This document shows positions 38,766-48,932 of a stretch of 64,000 nt of DNA, one piece after another. The DNA is taken from assembly GCA_018303075.1 (NCBI GenBank), contig JAGVYW010000001.1, positions 7,156 through 71,155 of the forward strand, read 5' to 3'. Position 1 is the stretch's first letter, and each line of letters begins with the position of its first letter. The position numbers and the translations under genes were made by a program. The DNA is from Candidatus Woesearchaeota archaeon. GTDB taxonomy: Archaea > Nanobdellota > Nanobdellia > Woesearchaeales > DSVV01. The notes below the pieces were generated by a model that searched no databases, was not told where the DNA came from, and saw nothing but the letters and a program-made list of their open reading frames with translations.

Positions 38766-41300
38766 TCAAATATTAGTAATATCACAAAGATCAAATAATT
38801 CTCTCTTAAATCGTTCAATTGTTTTCGCTGCATGTTCTGGTTGAGTTCTTAGAATAGAGCACGTTTTTGCAATTACATCACCCACATATTCTTCAGTTGA
38901 AGTAAGTTTTGTCATACTATATTCTATTTTCTCTCCTTTTTCATCCATCTTTTTTGCTTTTTTCCATTTATCAAATAATTCCTGCGTTCTTGCTGGAATT
39001 TGCTGCACTTCACATTGCAAGAGTTTTGCTATAACATCTGCAGCTTTACTCTCGTCACTTTCTTCTTGAACTGCAGCATTTCCTGCTGTAAATGTTATTC
39101 GCACAATTCCATCCTGTATCTTTGCAGTTTTGATTATCTTAATCTTATCAACTTCTTGAGTATTGTCCAGATGTGTTCCACCGCAGCATTCAACATCTGT
39201 ATTAATAATATTCACAATTCTCAGTTCTTTTCCAGGCACAACTCCTCCTTGATAAATATTCAAACCAAACAATTTTTCAGCTTCATCACGAGGATAGAAT
39301 TTTTTAACTATTGGAATCCTTGCTTCAATTATCCTATTTGCTTCTTGCTCTATCTTTCTAACCTCATCTTCAGTAAGGTTTGAAAAATGGGTTATATCAA
39401 TATGTGCTTTTTCCAATGTTTTCTTTGCTCCAGCTTGATTGATATGGTTTCCTAAGATAGTTCGTGCAGCTGCATTTGTGATATGCGTAGCTGTATGATG
39501 TTGAGCAAGCTGCATTCTTCTCTTAAAATCAATTTTGCATTCAACAGCTTCTCCTTCTGGAATTTTATGTTCAGCAGTTAATTCATGAACAATAACATGT
39601 TTGTACTTAAACACATTAACTACTGGTTCATTTTGAATAGTTCCGCAGTCATGCAGCTGTCCGCCTGACGTAGGATAGAAATAAGTCTGATCAAGAATTA
39701 TATATCTGCCAATTATCTTTAAAACATGCGCTTTGAACTCTATTTTCTTCCAATCATTAAAATATAATATATTTGTTGCAGGAACATCAGCAATATCAAG
39801 TACTATGTCTACTTTTGTTTCATGTTCCTGCTTTTCTTTGTCATGCTGGCTGGCGACAAGTGCATAAAAATTATCAGGAACTCGAACATTTTTTCCAAGT
39901 TTTTTTGCTTCTTCTGCAATAAGTTCAGGAGCTATTCCATTGCTGTCATATAGTTTAACAAGAACAGCAGGAGTTACCTCTTCTTTAACAATTCTTTGCG
40001 CTATAGCTTTTGATTTATCAACAGTTTGTATATATTTATGTCTTTCAACATCTAATATTTTTTGTACATTTGCAATATTTTCTTTTAATTCTGGAAACAA
40101 TGGCTTCAAATAATCTGCATGCTCCTCTGCAATATCCCTAAGATCAAGATTCCAATTATATTTATCATTGAAGTACAATGCTCTTCTTAAAATTACTCTT
40201 AAATTATATCCTCCACCTACATTGCTTGGCAGTCCACCATCTGCTAATGCAAAAAGCAGAGAACGTGTATGCTCAGCAATTGAAAAAAGAGCTGATAAAG
40301 GAATAACATTTGATTTCAAGAAAGAAACATCAACTTTTAATTGATCTGCAATCTTTTGCCACATCTTCTGAAGATCATCGACTTCATCTGTATTTAGATA
40401 AGAACTAAAAGGTAAGAATTGCTGCATTAAATGCTTGTCGACTTTTATGCCTGTTTGATGAAACAGTTTTTTGCATACTGCAGGGAATGTTGTTTCATAG
40501 CTAGTTGCAGCTGCCTGAGTAAACCAAGCATTTCTCTCATGTCCCATACCCATGTCTAACACATTTAGATTTAATTCTTTTTTTATTCCCTGTTGTGTTA
40601 CTTCATATAACATATAAACTTGATTGCCTAGTTCAAGTCCTCGAGAAAAGAATTCCATACATGGTCCAAAGTTTCCTCCTCCTGTCCATGCATCTTCATG
40701 AAATGTAATCTCTTCATTTGGAAGACCTAAACCTTTGCTCAACCAAGAATGTATATCTGCAAAATATTTTTTCTGATTGAATTCTTTTGGAGGAGTAAAA
40801 GCATGCTGTCCTATCATTACAAAACCAGTATAATGTGCTCCAGTAATCCCAACATTATCAATATCATTAAATCTTAAGCAGAACTGCGGTACAACTAACG
40901 GATTTGCAGGAGGCTTTACTTCTCCTGAAACAACATAAGGCTGAAAATCATAGATGCTTGCTTGTACAAACTCAGTATCTTCTCTCCAACGTGCTATTAC
41001 TGGATAACGTTTTATTGGTGTATAACCCAATTTCTGGAAATGTTTAGCAAATTCCTGCCATACTTCAATGTAATCTAATTTTTTCTTTGCAGGAGGATTT
41101 TCAAAAAATCTGAATCCTCCTGAGCAGCTTGGATCTCCACAATTATGCTGGTCATTGTTAACTGTCCAAAAGAATGTTCCGCATGTTTTACATTGCTTTC
41201 TCAAAAAACCTTGCTCTTGCAATACAGAAATAGCATAATATTTCTCTGGATTCTTGCTTGCGATTGTTTTAAACTCTCTTTTGATTTGTTTAATATCCAT
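38766..41300 (-). CDS. alaS: alanyl-tRNA synthetase (archaeal type)
   Basis: The 844-aa protein has a class II core, an editing domain, and a C-terminal DHHA1-like domain, with an archaeal-type N-terminus. Confidence 0.9.
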   Translation of the reverse strand: MDIKQIKREFKTIASKNPEKYYAISVLQEQGFLRKQCKTCGTFFWTVNNDQHNCGDPSCSGGFRFFENPPAKKKLDYIEVWQEFAKHFQKLGYTPIKRYPVIARWREDTEFVQASIYDFQPYVVSGEVKPPANPLVVPQFCLRFNDIDNVGITGAHYTGFVMIGQHAFTPPKEFNQKKYFADIHSWLSKGLGLPNEEITFHEDAWTGGGNFGPCMEFFSRGLELGNQVYMLYEVTQQGIKKELNLNVLDMGMGHERNAWFTQAAATSYETTFPAVCKKLFHQTGIKVDKHLMQQFLPFSSYLNTDEVDDLQKMWQKIADQLKVDVSFLKSNVIPLSALFSIAEHTRSLLFALADGGLPSNVGGGYNLRVILRRALYFNDKYNWNLDLRDIAEEHADYLKPLFPELKENIANVQKILDVERHKYIQTVDKSKAIAQRIVKEEVTPAVLVKLYDSNGIAPELIAEEAKKLGKNVRVPDNFYALVASQHDKEKQEHETKVDIVLDIADVPATNILYFNDWKKIEFKAHVLKIIGRYIILDQTYFYPTSGGQLHDCGTIQNEPVVNVFKYKHVIVHELTAEHKIPEGEAVECKIDFKRRMQLAQHHTATHITNAAARTILGNHINQAGAKKTLEKAHIDITHFSNLTEDEVRKIEQEANRIIEARIPIVKKFYPRDEAEKLFGLNIYQGGVVPGKELRIVNIINTDVECCGGTHLDNTQEVDKIKIIKTAKIQDGIVRITFTAGNAAVQEESDESKAADVIAKLLQCEVQQIPARTQELFDKWKKAKKMDEKGEKIEYSMTKLTSTEEYVGDVIAKTCSILRTQPEHAAKTIERFKRELFDLCDITNI

Positions 41301-41666
41301 ATAACAAAAGTAAGTTAAGTTTAGGTATATAAAAGTATCTCTGAAGAATTGTTACTGTACAATTTCATAATTAGTACAGAGAACTTTGCAAAATTCTTTG
41401 CAAAGTTCTTCGTAAACATTCTCAATTATACCTGTATCCTGCATAGTAATATAAGGTATATTACATCCAATTTATTAACGTTGATTCTGACTGTGTAATA
41501 TACTGTATAATACGGTGTTTATTAGTTATATACTGTAAGATACATGTAATGACAGACTCGAGAAAAGAAATCATAAAAACAGACAACACTACCTCGCTGT
41601 GATTACTAAACCGAAACCTTTAAAGACTGCCTCAGTTTTACCTATTAAAAGTTATACATTTTACAA

Positions 41667-42527
41667 TTGAGGTCGCTTAAAATGTCACAAATTGTGCAAA
41701 TAAAATCCCTTGTACTCGCAGCAGTTACAGATAAGATTGGCTATGTAAAGGCTCGAAAAGAGGCCGATAAATTAGCTTCAGAACATGGCTTGAGAGTAGC
41801 TGATACGCCGATGGCAATACAAGCTATGGCTAATCATCCTGAAGTTCGTGAAGCAATAAGGCCAGGATGGATAGACACAATCACTGGCGAATATCATGGC
41901 CAACGAGATGGCGATAGTTCTTATGAAACATGGCATTCCGTAGGTTCTTTGGCAACTGCAAAAGGATTGGAAAAAGTATTTTCCAAAGTTGGAGAATATG
42001 CATTTATGCAGATTGCTGATGACGAATGGATTGCTGTCGGAAAAGGCAATTACAACGGTCAGGATGTTGCAAGAATCCATCTTGATGATGTTAAGAAAGG
42101 CAGTGTGCCTGCAGCAGGAACTCCTTATACTGTTTTTATACGATTGGGCAAGGACAAAGCCAACATCAATGACAGAGGTCAATTAACGTATGATACTTTC
42201 ATGAGTGATGACAGAGTGCTTATGATTGCAGGTTCTCCTGATAACAGGGAAGCACTGGCTAAAATGCTCTTTGGCAGAAAAGAATATGGCGGAGAAGGCT
42301 GGAGCAATATTGGAAGCTATCATAGAATAAATGAAGTTGGCTTTGACGCTCAAGCTAAGGGGCGCCTGGTGTACCTCAACAACAATAGTGTTGGCCTCGT
42401 TGGCGACGGCAACATCAACAACCTTTATGGGCGTTTCGTCGTGGTAGGCGCAGTTGCGCGCGAAAAATCAGCTCCTCTGAGCATCGTGCAGCCAACTCTC
42501 GAGCAGACACTGGCAGTTATCAAATAA
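41667..42527 (+). CDS. hypothetical protein encoded by a GC-rich, compositionally atypical ORF (probably foreign)
   Basis: GC content is visibly higher than in the flanks (for example ggcgcctggtgtacctcaac...gtggtaggcgcagttgcgcgcg). No recognisable family was found. The likely start is MSQIVQ at 41682. Confidence 0.4.
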   Translation: MRSLKMSQIVQIKSLVLAAVTDKIGYVKARKEADKLASEHGLRVADTPMAIQAMANHPEVREAIRPGWIDTITGEYHGQRDGDSSYETWHSVGSLATAKGLEKVFSKVGEYAFMQIADDEWIAVGKGNYNGQDVARIHLDDVKKGSVPAAGTPYTVFIRLGKDKANINDRGQLTYDTFMSDDRVLMIAGSPDNREALAKMLFGRKEYGGEGWSNIGSYHRINEVGFDAQAKGRLVYLNNNSVGLVGDGNINNLYGRFVVVGAVAREKSAPLSIVQPTLEQTLAVIK

Positions 42528-43405
42528 TCCAGACCTGAACAAAGAAGGCATGTTAAAAGCCGTATCTCAGCTGTATAAACATTAAATTACCGATATTTTT
42601 TTATATTCTTCTTGTTATTTCTATTTTTGTCCCAGTTGCTTCGTCAACTTTGATGAAGTTATGAAGTAGCTTGGAACTACACGCCATTTCACTATGGCAA
42701 CATCGCTGTTATAAAATACAACCACGACAGCTAACGTCTGAAGTGGTGGTGGCTTTCAGGAAAGTGAAATGGCTACTATAGTGGCGCCTGGTGTACCTCA
42801 ACAACAATAATAATGGCCTCGTGTCATCTTTAAGTTGCTTTGCTCCTTTTCGAGCCATGATTCCGTTACGTATGGAAATCTTGGTTGCTGCAAGAAGGTC
42901 CTCGCTCACAGTATTGGTCAATTGTGATGCTCTCAAATCAAGTGCCCTGATGGCTTGCTCATTGATTGTACTCTTGACTTTGATTCCTGCAACCTGAGGA
43001 TAATTCTTTTTGATGAAGTTCTCTCCAAGCTTTATTCCTTGCTTGAATTTCTTTTTTGAATCGAGAAAGATTGCTGCAAGAAAGAGGTTCTTTGGATGAA
43101 AATAGTCATAGACTCTAATATTATATTCTTTGCTTTAATAACAGATTCTGTAAAAAGAAGATTAATCCTACAATATAAAGGGAAATTTTTATTTCCATCA
43201 TATGAAATAGACAAACATAAGCAATTATTGTGTCTTTATTGCATGTGCTTTAGCATTTCAAGAAAGCGTAATTTGGTCAGATGATAAAAAATTAAAAGAA
43301 CAGCAGAAAATAACTATTCTCAACACAGAAGAGATTATGGATATTATTTTCTAATTCTTTTTTTTAAACAAAAACTTTATATAACACCTCAGCATATATT
43401 TTATC

Positions 43406-43825
43406 ATGGATGAAGCAATAATTGAACAAGAAGTTTCTTTTGAAGAAACATCAGAGATTATACAATATGTAGGTTTAGATCAATTAGATGATAAAGAAAG
43501 AGAAACACTAAACAAATTATCAACAGAATATCACCCTAAAGTAAAGCGTTTATTGCATAACAATACTTCTTTAACAATACATATTAAAAAACTTAGAAAT
43601 AATTCCAAAAACGAAAAAAAGCGGCATAAATATAGCATTACAGTAAAGACAGTATCTCCAACAAAACCATTCCGAGCAGCATCTAATGATTGGAACTTAA
43701 ACACAGCAATACATGATGCATTTATGAATCTAGAAAAAGAATTAGAAAGAGTATACAAGAAAAATGATATTCATAAGAATCATATAAAGTTCTCAACAAG
43801 TAATAAAACTAAAAAGAAGAAATGA
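43406..43825 (+). CDS. hypothetical protein
   Basis: A 139-aa charged protein with no recognised motifs. Confidence 0.3.
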   Translation: MDEAIIEQEVSFEETSEIIQYVGLDQLDDKERETLNKLSTEYHPKVKRLLHNNTSLTIHIKKLRNNSKNEKKRHKYSITVKTVSPTKPFRAASNDWNLNTAIHDAFMNLEKELERVYKKNDIHKNHIKFSTSNKTKKKK

Positions 43826-43834
43826 TAATGAATT

Positions 43835-46183
43835 CTATTTTTCAGAATTGTCTTCTTTGTTATCACTTTCTTCCTTATTACTATCTTCTTGCTTAGGTTC
43901 ATTTTCAGGTTCTCCTTCTTGATCATCTCTTTCCTGATTTTCTGGTTTTTTATCTTCTTCTCTTTCCATTTCTCTGTTATCTCTTTCTCTTCCATCACCA
44001 ATATGTTCTCGATCCTGTTCAAGTTGTTCTATCTCTTTTTGCAATCGTTGTACATCAGTAAAATCTGGAGCTTCTGGACTTGCTTGTTTTGCATCATGGA
44101 GCAACTGTTTTATCTCTTCAGGACTTAAGCTTTCAAAAGAACGGTCACCAATATTGATTTTTCCTTCTTTCTGCATCCTTCTGAGATCCTCCATGAAATT
44201 GAACTGTTGCTGTCCATGCTGTTGCTGACCGTAGTTTTCTCCAATAGGGAATCCTTGTAGCATTGTTGGAATCTCAACTTTTCTTATGACGCCGCCAATA
44301 GCTTCTTCCCTCTTATTTTCATACATCTCTTGATACTTTGCTTGTCCAGTTCCTTCTGTCATCTTTTGCGTGATTATTTCTTTACATGCATCCATTCCAA
44401 TAAATTCGCCATCTTTTATGCATTCTTGGGGAGTTCTTCCTTGACCACCTGGACTTCCACTGCCAAATTCAGGGAAATCACCTTCACCAAATTCTCCTCC
44501 AGAAAATCCTTGACCTTGTCCTTCTCCTTGCTGATATTTATCTTTCATAATTGTTTCACATGCTTCTTGACCTATAAATTCTCCATCCTTCATACATTCT
44601 TGGGGAGTTCTCCCTTGACCTTCACCACCTTCACTACCCATGCCCTGTCCTTGACCTTTAAACTTTTCTTCGCATGCTTCTCGACCAATAAATTTATCAC
44701 CATCAAAACATTCTTTTGGTATTTTTCCTGCATCACGCATTTTTCCAATGCATTCTTTTTCACCAATTGGCTTTCCACCTTCAATGCATTCTTCAGGGAT
44801 ATTTCCTGTTGCCATCATCTTTTCTTCGCATGCTTCCCTGCCTATGAAATCGTCACCATCAAAACATTCTTTTGGTATTTTCCCTGCTTCTTTCATCTTT
44901 TCCAGACATGCGTTTTCTCCAATAGGTCTTCCTTTTTCAACACATTCTTCTGGAATATCACCTGAATCCATTATCTTCTGTTCGCATTCCTCTCGCCCAA
45001 TAAACTTGCCATTTTCCATGCATTGCTTTGGCATTTTCCCAGAATCAACCATTTTCTTGGTGCATTGTTTCTCTCCGATAAACTTGCCATCTGCAACACA
45101 TTCTTCAGGCATTTCACCAGATTCAATCATCTTTTTTGTGCATTGTTTCTCTCCGATAAACTTGCCATCTTTCATACATTCTTCAGGAGGTTCGCCGTGT
45201 TTTTCAATCATTATCTTCTTGCAATCTTCTCTTGTTTTGACACCTGCATCTTTGCATTCTTGTGGTGCAAACTTGTCAAACATCATATCTTCTGACTCAT
45301 CCATAATCTTTCTAAATTCTTCTCGCATAAATTCTGGTAATAGTTCTTCACCTGCATATTCTCCTTCAGAATCAAGCTCTTGGCAGGCTTCTTCGTTTTC
45401 TTCAAACTCACAAAGTATAATCAATTTTTTTTCTTTTTCACAATATGTCTTCATCTTCTGCACAGGAATATCTTGGCATTGACAATTCTGTATATCTTGG
45501 ACGCATGATCTCAATACTTCTACAAATTTATCTGTTGCTTGCCCCTGCATCTTTCTTATATCTGTTTCAATATATTCTTTTAACCAAGCTGGAGCTGTAT
45601 CAGGATTGCATTTTTCTTCTTGCTCCATGAGTGTATAATCGATGCTTGCCAATTGTTCACAGAGGGAGACAATTTTGCCTGCTAATTCTCCTGCAATCTT
45701 ATTTTTTTCTACCTGGCTGGAAAGAGAATCATATAACTCATGGATCTTTTCTTCATCAGGCAATTGTTCTTGCAATTGTTTAAGAATGTCTTGTATCTCT
45801 TTGCTGTCAGCTTCAACCTGTCTTTTTAATTCTGGAGAGATCTCATCTTCAATCAATGCTGAGATATTCTTTGCATTTACTAATGCAACTGTCAAGGCAG
45901 CTGTTTTGTTCTCGGCAGCCATCTGCTGCGCTTCAGCTGCTTTTTCCTTGACAATCTCTAATGCATATTCCACCTTTTCATCTCCATCTTTTGTTGCCAG
46001 TTTTACCTCTTCAACAACCTCATCAATAAAATAAAATGGACTATCTGGAGTAATTCCTGCTTTTGGCGCTTCGATGACAACTTCCTCTTCCTCTACTGCA
46101 GCAGCAAGAATGCCGAGCATAAAAATACTGATTAATGATAGAAATAATAAACTTACTATCTGTCTTACTCTTTTTTTTTGCAT
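43835..46183 (-). CDS. large secreted Cys-rich protein with at least eight tandem ~24-aa repeats (DGKFIGEKQCTKKM..SG.MPEEC)
   Basis: An N-terminal signal peptide precedes an acidic coiled region and then tandem repeats, which are also visible at the DNA level around 44430-45300. The C-terminus is an acidic Glu/Asp/Lys tail. Confidence 0.6.
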   Translation of the reverse strand: MQKKRVRQIVSLLFLSLISIFMLGILAAAVEEEEVVIEAPKAGITPDSPFYFIDEVVEEVKLATKDGDEKVEYALEIVKEKAAEAQQMAAENKTAALTVALVNAKNISALIEDEISPELKRQVEADSKEIQDILKQLQEQLPDEEKIHELYDSLSSQVEKNKIAGELAGKIVSLCEQLASIDYTLMEQEEKCNPDTAPAWLKEYIETDIRKMQGQATDKFVEVLRSCVQDIQNCQCQDIPVQKMKTYCEKEKKLIILCEFEENEEACQELDSEGEYAGEELLPEFMREEFRKIMDESEDMMFDKFAPQECKDAGVKTREDCKKIMIEKHGEPPEECMKDGKFIGEKQCTKKMIESGEMPEECVADGKFIGEKQCTKKMVDSGKMPKQCMENGKFIGREECEQKIMDSGDIPEECVEKGRPIGENACLEKMKEAGKIPKECFDGDDFIGREACEEKMMATGNIPEECIEGGKPIGEKECIGKMRDAGKIPKECFDGDKFIGREACEEKFKGQGQGMGSEGGEGQGRTPQECMKDGEFIGQEACETIMKDKYQQGEGQGQGFSGGEFGEGDFPEFGSGSPGGQGRTPQECIKDGEFIGMDACKEIITQKMTEGTGQAKYQEMYENKREEAIGGVIRKVEIPTMLQGFPIGENYGQQQHGQQQFNFMEDLRRMQKEGKINIGDRSFESLSPEEIKQLLHDAKQASPEAPDFTDVQRLQKEIEQLEQDREHIGDGRERDNREMEREEDKKPENQERDDQEGEPENEPKQEDSNKEESDNKEDNSEK

Positions 46184-46229
46184 AAGAATCCCCTCTTCTT
46201 GGAATTATAACATCTATCTGTTTATAATC

Positions 46230-47429
46230 TTATTCTTTTAGGCTTTGCTCTTTTAATATTGTATCCTCTTTCTTAAGCTTATACTGTTGATACCATGTAT
46301 AGCAATCATGATCGTACATTTTTTCATACCACTTGCATTGCAGAGCAATACATTGATGATTCTCAAGCTTTTCATCCTCTTTACAAATAATCTTTTCGCA
46401 TTGATGGTTCTTAACAATCTCATCAAATTCACATTCAAGTTTCTGACAGCTATGGTTGATTGTAATCTCATCATCCATACAATTCAGACTTTCGCAGGAA
46501 TGATCTTTTATGATCTCATTATCTAAACATTCAAATTTCTGGCAGCTATTATTGTTGCAGATCTCATCATTGCCACATTCATCATCCCCGCAGCATTGAT
46601 ATTTCTTACATTGATGGGATTCAAGAGGATCAATATATTCGCATGTATTGCAATCTAATTTTTGGCAGATGCTGTTTTCACAGATCTCATCAGCCATGCA
46701 TTCATTGTTTTTTTCGCACAATGGAAGTTCACTGCATTCTTTAGCAATTGAAAATCCTGATTTTTCACATTGGTAGTAGACCATAAATTCCTTGATCTTT
46801 TTGTCAGTATCCCATTTTAATGTAAATCTATTGCCATCATTCTTTCGTTTCATTGTGATTGTGAAATTTTCAAATCCTTCGCTTGTAACAACAGGAGTGT
46901 GCCGTATCACTCTATTTGTATCTAGCTTTGCATTGTAATTCAGCGAATAAGGATTAGCAAAACGGAACTCTTTATTTTTGCTGATCGAAAGGTCATTGAT
47001 AAGAAATTTGCCTACAAATGTGTCATTTCTCATATAACAGGATTCAACAAATGATTGATTCAGCATTCTGCAGCTAAAACTAAATATTGGGCATTTGGCA
47101 GTATACCTTTTCTTTCCAATCTTGATGTAATATGAGGTTGGTTCACCTGCAACAAAGATGCCATCTTGTGATTCATATGTATAATAGGTTACTTTTTTCT
47201 TACCTTCTGTTTTCTCTCTGCTACTCCATGCTCCTTTGACAGGAAAATAATTATCTTCTGCTTTAACTAGCCTAGCTGTAACATCATTTCGTATCAATGA
47301 ATCATCAATCTTCAGCGAGCCATCGTCCTTGCATTCGATTTTTGTTGCTGAAACAAATGAGAGGGAAAGAAGGCTGCAAAAGACTAACACCAAAATGATT
47401 CTATTAGAACGTCTGTTCAATGATGCCAT
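46230..47429 (-). CDS. secreted protein with C-terminal Cys-rich repeats (C.x.EI...H.C..L.C modules)
   Basis: A signal peptide is followed by a beta-rich domain and then about seven short Cys repeats (CQKLDC, CQKFEC, CESLNC, CQKLEC...). Confidence 0.55.
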   Translation of the reverse strand: MASLNRRSNRIILVLVFCSLLSLSFVSATKIECKDDGSLKIDDSLIRNDVTARLVKAEDNYFPVKGAWSSREKTEGKKKVTYYTYESQDGIFVAGEPTSYYIKIGKKRYTAKCPIFSFSCRMLNQSFVESCYMRNDTFVGKFLINDLSISKNKEFRFANPYSLNYNAKLDTNRVIRHTPVVTSEGFENFTITMKRKNDGNRFTLKWDTDKKIKEFMVYYQCEKSGFSIAKECSELPLCEKNNECMADEICENSICQKLDCNTCEYIDPLESHQCKKYQCCGDDECGNDEICNNNSCQKFECLDNEIIKDHSCESLNCMDDEITINHSCQKLECEFDEIVKNHQCEKIICKEDEKLENHQCIALQCKWYEKMYDHDCYTWYQQYKLKKEDTILKEQSLKE

Positions 47430-47465
47430 TTTCTTGTTTTTATGTGGTTAAGGAATATAAATGTT

Positions 47466-47492
47466 TAGTATTTGCTTGTTCACTTCGTTCAT
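47466..47492. repeat. 26-nt repeat, copy 2 (just upstream of the TATA-like box of the minus-strand gene that starts at 47429)
   Basis: One mismatch relative to 38736-38762. On the minus strand it reads TGAACgaagTGAACaagcaaatacta, directly upstream of aaacatttatatt (BRE/TATA-like), about 30 nt before the ATG. Confidence 0.5.
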
Positions 47493-47694
47493 ACATGATA
47501 AAGATATTGATTATATTATGAATTCTCTGCAATTGAAAGTAAAAGCAAGATTAGAAAAGAGAATTATAGATGGTTATAAAGGAATCAATCTAAGCCTTGT
47601 AGAACCATTTGTAGTTGATGCCTTAAAAGAACTAAAAGTGATTTAGTTTCTAGTAATCAAAAATCATATAAACACAAACAATTCTAAATATGGA

Positions 47695-48219
47695 ATGCCA
47701 ACAAAAAAAGCATCTATCCATATCATTCTTACAGGTGGAACAATTGATTCGTATTGGAATGGCACCATTGATACTGCTACGCCATTAAAAGAATCTTCTA
47801 TTCCTCTATTTATCTAATCGTTAAAACTCTATGATAAGGTAATGTTCACAACTATTTGTATGAAAGACAGTAGACAATTAGTACAATCTGACAGAAAAAA
47901 GATTTTGATTGCAACTGAACAAAGTCCATGCAAAAAGATAATTATTACGCATGGAACATATACAATACCCGATACAGCTAAGTTTCTGCAGACTAATTTA
48001 CAGCGAAAAGACCAAACAATTATCTTGACAGGTTCAATGATTCCATTAACTGGATTTTCTCCATCAGATGCTCCTTTTAATTTAGGTTTTTCATTTGCAA
48101 AACTGCCAGAATTATCTGCTGGAGTTTACATCTGCATGAACGGAAGAATCTTCACAGCAGATGAAACTATTAAGCTCTTATTTGAAGGAAGGTTTGCGTC
48201 TGTGTTTGGGGAAAAGTGA
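47695..48219 (+). pseudogene. L-asparaginase N-terminal-domain gene carrying an in-frame TAA stop (codon 41)
   Basis: Asparaginase motifs occur in order and with correct spacing: ILTGGTIDS, IIITHGTYT (the HGTDT equivalent), and ILTGSMIPLTGFSPSDAPFNLGFSFA. A single TAA at 47815-47817 interrupts an otherwise continuous frame. No C-terminal asparaginase domain is present. Confidence 0.5.
48127..48219 (+). repeat. ~90-bp direct repeat, left copy (3' end of the asparaginase-like gene)
   Basis: About 90% identical to 48933-49025. The two copies flank the MNT-HEPN cassette. Confidence 0.7.
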
Positions 48220-48260
48220 TCTTAATAACATTTATATATCTGCAATGCATATTATATTTT

Positions 48261-48554
48261 ATGGTGCGAGACAGACTGCAAATACTAAAACTAAAAAAGA
48301 AGATTCTTCCAGTCTTAAGAAAATATCATATTAAAAGAGCGGGTATTTTTGGAAGCTATGCACGTGGAGAACAAAAGAAAAAGAGCGATGTAGATATCCT
48401 AATACTGCCTCCACATGGGCTTGGTCTTGGTTTTATAAGAATTGAATCTGAATTAGAAAAAGTTTTAGATACAAAAGTTGACTTACTTTCATATAATGGG
48501 ATTAATCCTCGCCTAAAAAATAAAATTTTAAAAGATGAGGTCAGAATACTTTGA
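48261..48554 (+). CDS. minimal nucleotidyltransferase (MntA-like antitoxin)
   Basis: The nucleotidyltransferase motif is GIFGSYARGEQKKKSDVDIL, in a protein of about 100 aa. Confidence 0.75.
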   Translation: MVRDRLQILKLKKKILPVLRKYHIKRAGIFGSYARGEQKKKSDVDILILPPHGLGLGFIRIESELEKVLDTKVDLLSYNGINPRLKNKILKDEVRIL

Positions 48555-48898
48555 ATAGAGACTCAATTATCTTCTTAGAGCATATGCTTGATGCAATTAA
48601 TAATATTGACAAGTTTATGTTAACTGTTACTAAACAAGAATTCTTTACTAATGTTGAGAAACATAGCGCAGTAGTTCGCCAACTTGAGATTCTCGGTGAA
48701 GCTGCTAAGAACCTAAAACATTCTTTTATATCGAAATATCAATCTATTCCTTGGAAAGAAATAATCGGTTTGAGAGATAAAGTTATACATCATTATTTTG
48801 GACTTGATATGGAGATAATATTTGATATCGTAAACAAAGAATTACCTCCTTTGAAAAAAAATCTTCAAAAGATAATCAAAATAGAGAATGAGAAATAA
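48551..48898 (+). CDS. HEPN-domain protein (HepT-like toxin, DUF86)
   Basis: The R-x4-HxY HEPN motif is RDKVIHHY. The start overlaps the MNT stop (ATGA), which is the typical MNT-HEPN pair organisation. Confidence 0.75.
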   Translation: MNRDSIIFLEHMLDAINNIDKFMLTVTKQEFFTNVEKHSAVVRQLEILGEAAKNLKHSFISKYQSIPWKEIIGLRDKVIHHYFGLDMEIIFDIVNKELPPLKKNLQKIIKIENEK

Positions 48899-48932
48899 TA
48901 TGCACTCATGTTTGACACTTCTTAATCAACCA

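Noticed and set aside
42709-43230. Minus-strand reading frame of about 160 codons next to the GC-rich island, initially suspected to be an integrase C-terminus (plus the listed ORFs 42791-42997(+) and 43032-43214(-)).
   Set aside because: No tyrosine-recombinase R...HxxR...Y motifs were recognisable and there is no start codon. The plus-strand ORF is low-complexity and internally inconsistent. It is kept only as context for the island finding.
44400-45400. Regular tandem DNA repeats that could suggest a CRISPR array.
   Set aside because: The repeats are in-frame coding repeats of a secreted protein (24-aa units), with no repeat-spacer periodicity and no cas genes. No CRISPR array was found anywhere in the window.
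47461-47646. 61-aa ORF upstream of the asparaginase-like gene.
   Set aside because: Its 5' end is formed by the 26-nt intergenic repeat and a promoter-like TATA region of the divergent gene, and it has no motifs. It is likely non-coding.
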